DNA of 36,526 nt from Clostridia bacterium. Lineage in GTDB: Bacteria; Bacillota; Peptococcia; Peptococcales; BICA1-8. The stretch is from assembly GCA_012800195.1 (NCBI GenBank), contig JAAZJU010000018.1, positions 1 through 36,526 of the forward strand, read 5' to 3'. How positions within the stretch are numbered: the stretch's first letter is position 1; each line of letters starts with the position of its first letter. Shown piece after piece: positions 35,180 through 36,526 of the stretch. The position numbers and the translations under genes were made by a program. The notes below the pieces were generated by a model that worked only from the letters and a program-made list of their open reading frames with translations, ran no database searches and had not been told where the DNA came from.

Positions 35180-36061
35180 ATGCGGATTGGAGCAATAGAT
35201 ATGGGGACCAATAGCACCAGGCTCTTAATTGCTGATTATTCTTACCAAGGAGTGCAAGAAATATATAAGGATCTTCGTACTACTCGCATTGGTGAGGGAA
35301 TGGAGAAATTCCGGGAAATAAAACCCCAGGTCTTACAGCGAACTATTGATTGTTTACAGGAATACCAGAGAAAATGTGCTCTATATCAAGTTGAAACCAT
35401 TCGCACCGTAGCTACCAGTGCAGTAAGGGATGCTAGCAATAAAGTGTGGGTTCTAGAACAAATTAAAGAAAAGACTGGACTGACTGTTCAGGTTTTAACA
35501 GGAACAGAAGAAGCCAAGCTTAGTTATCTGGGAGCTACTGGTGGAGAAGGTGTTGAAGGCCTTCCCAAGATGGTTGTGGATATAGGCGGGGGAAGCACCG
35601 AGCTAATTTATCCCACTCCTGAAGGAATTGAGTTTAAAAGTGTAAATTTGGGGGCTGTGCGCTTAAAGGAAAATAAAGATTTGAAACCCAGAGTTCAGGA
35701 AATCCTAAAGCAATTGATTACTTCCCAATTTCCCAGTAATTTTACCTTAATCGGTGTGGGGGGCACAATTACTACCTTAGCGGCTATCAAGCTAGAATTA
35801 GAGACTTACGATGGGGAGCAAGTGGAAGGTTTTAAATTAACCTCTCCAGAGATAAGTCAAATATATAATCAACTAATTACTATGTCCTTAGCCCAAAGAA
35901 AAAATCTTAAAGGCTTGCAACCAGAAAGGGCAGACATTATAACCTATGGCACCCTGATTTTAAAAGAACTATTACGTATGTTGGATAAAGATGAAATCAC
36001 AGTCAGTGAAAAAGATATTTTGCAAGGTATAATAATAACCACTGCAAAAGGGGAAAGCTAA
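35180..36061 (+). CDS. Ppx/GppA-family phosphatase (exopolyphosphatase-like, N-terminal ASKHA domains only)
   Basis: MRIGAIDMGTNSTRLLIAD, ATSAVRDA.N and VDIGGGSTEL motifs. The ATG at 35180 lies 8 nt after GGGGGG. Confidence 0.85.
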   Translation: MRIGAIDMGTNSTRLLIADYSYQGVQEIYKDLRTTRIGEGMEKFREIKPQVLQRTIDCLQEYQRKCALYQVETIRTVATSAVRDASNKVWVLEQIKEKTGLTVQVLTGTEEAKLSYLGATGGEGVEGLPKMVVDIGGGSTELIYPTPEGIEFKSVNLGAVRLKENKDLKPRVQEILKQLITSQFPSNFTLIGVGGTITTLAAIKLELETYDGEQVEGFKLTSPEISQIYNQLITMSLAQRKNLKGLQPERADIITYGTLILKELLRMLDKDEITVSEKDILQGIIITTAKGES

Positions 36062-36085
36062 CCTTAAAAAGAGGAGGTTAGTTAA

Positions 36086-36253
36086 ATGGTATTAGAATCT
36101 AGACCTGATAATACTGAACAAAGCTATAAGTGCAGTGAATGCGGCCTGATGTTTTCCAAAAATAAAGAAGACAGTCTGGAATGTCCCTTCTGCCACCATC
36201 TCTGCCAAAAGGGAGAGTGTGAGGTAGTAGGAAGTTCCAACGAAGGCTACTGA
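36086..36253 (+). CDS. Hypothetical 55-aa Cys-rich zinc-ribbon micro-protein
   Basis: My own translation: MVLESRPDNTEQSYKCSECGLMFSKNKEDSLECPFCHHLCQKGECEVVGSSNEGY. Strong RBS (GAGGAGG) 8 nt upstream, 24 nt after the ppx stop. Confidence 0.55.
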   Translation: MVLESRPDNTEQSYKCSECGLMFSKNKEDSLECPFCHHLCQKGECEVVGSSNEGY

Positions 36254-36268
36254 TGCTCAAGGGCTAGC

Positions 36269-36526
36269 CTGCATGACAGCATTATGGCTCAAAGGATAAT
36301 CTACAGGTCGGCATTACGGCTTACAAGTAATTATGGATGTCTGCATTAGGCTAACGGGATATTCTGCATGTCAGCATGACGGCTTATAAGCAATTCTGGA
36401 TGACAGTGTGTAAGAAAACACAGTGTCATCGTGACACCGTGCCACTGTGCTACCGAAAACCGAGACATGTCTGACAAGGAATCTTGCTTGTTAGAAGCAT
36501 CTGACAGGCAATCTCTCTGGTTAGAA
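36269..36526 (+). repeat. Second array of the same 32-nt repeat family, running off the window edge
   Basis: Units start at 36269, 36301, 36333 and 36364 (31-32 nt each), followed by more degenerate units to 36526. The unit at 36269-36300 is 27/32 identical to the reverse complement of 31792-31823. Confidence 0.8.

Noticed and set aside
36269-36526. CsrA-sponge (CsrB-like) RNA. A GGA motif occurs about once per unit in the right-edge array, for example ATGGATGT and CTGGATGA.
   Set aside because: The GGA is not conserved in the units of the first array in either orientation, and only two of the sites resemble the extended CsrA consensus. It is probably a chance feature of the variable half of the unit.

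Overview
AT-rich 36.5-kb segment, coded almost entirely on the + strand, from an endospore-forming Firmicute with Clostridia-type gene content. Species cannot be assigned from sequence alone.

Left third:
- The 3' part of an Ig-repeat envelope protein, coupled to a MacB/FtsX ABC permease.
- A glcDEF-like FAD/Fe-S oxidase operon.
- About 5.4 kb of poorly characterised genes: two overlapping mini-ORFs (one an HTH), a 217-aa unknown, a secreted CAP/SCP protein, an orphan SigB/F/G-type sigma factor, two antisense micro-ORFs, and a membrane-anchored coiled-coil protein followed by an 87-aa ORF.
- A PyrR-attenuated uracil permease.

The rest is the classic origin-proximal housekeeping/sporulation block: ispE, gntR, NTP-transferase, purR, spoVG, glmU, prs, ctc, pth, small membrane protein, mfd, prsA, spoVT, spoVB/yabM, mazG/yabN, hup, yabO, [spoIID], yabP, yabQ, [mini-HTH], divIC, yabR, ppx, Zn-ribbon micro-ORF.

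I found no rRNA, tRNA, CRISPR array, transposase or integrase.

The most unusual signals are non-genic:
1. A family of phased 32-33-nt repeats. It forms a palindromic array between yabO and spoIID and a second array at the right window edge, inverted relative to the nearer arm of the first.
2. A ~100-nt non-coding element present in two copies (72/94 identical), upstream of spoVT and of spoIID.
3. A tight cluster of four DnaA boxes upstream of a GerE-like 72-aa HTH gene that is translationally coupled to divIC.

All functional readings of these three are inference. Product calls rest on motif recognition by eye, not on database searches.
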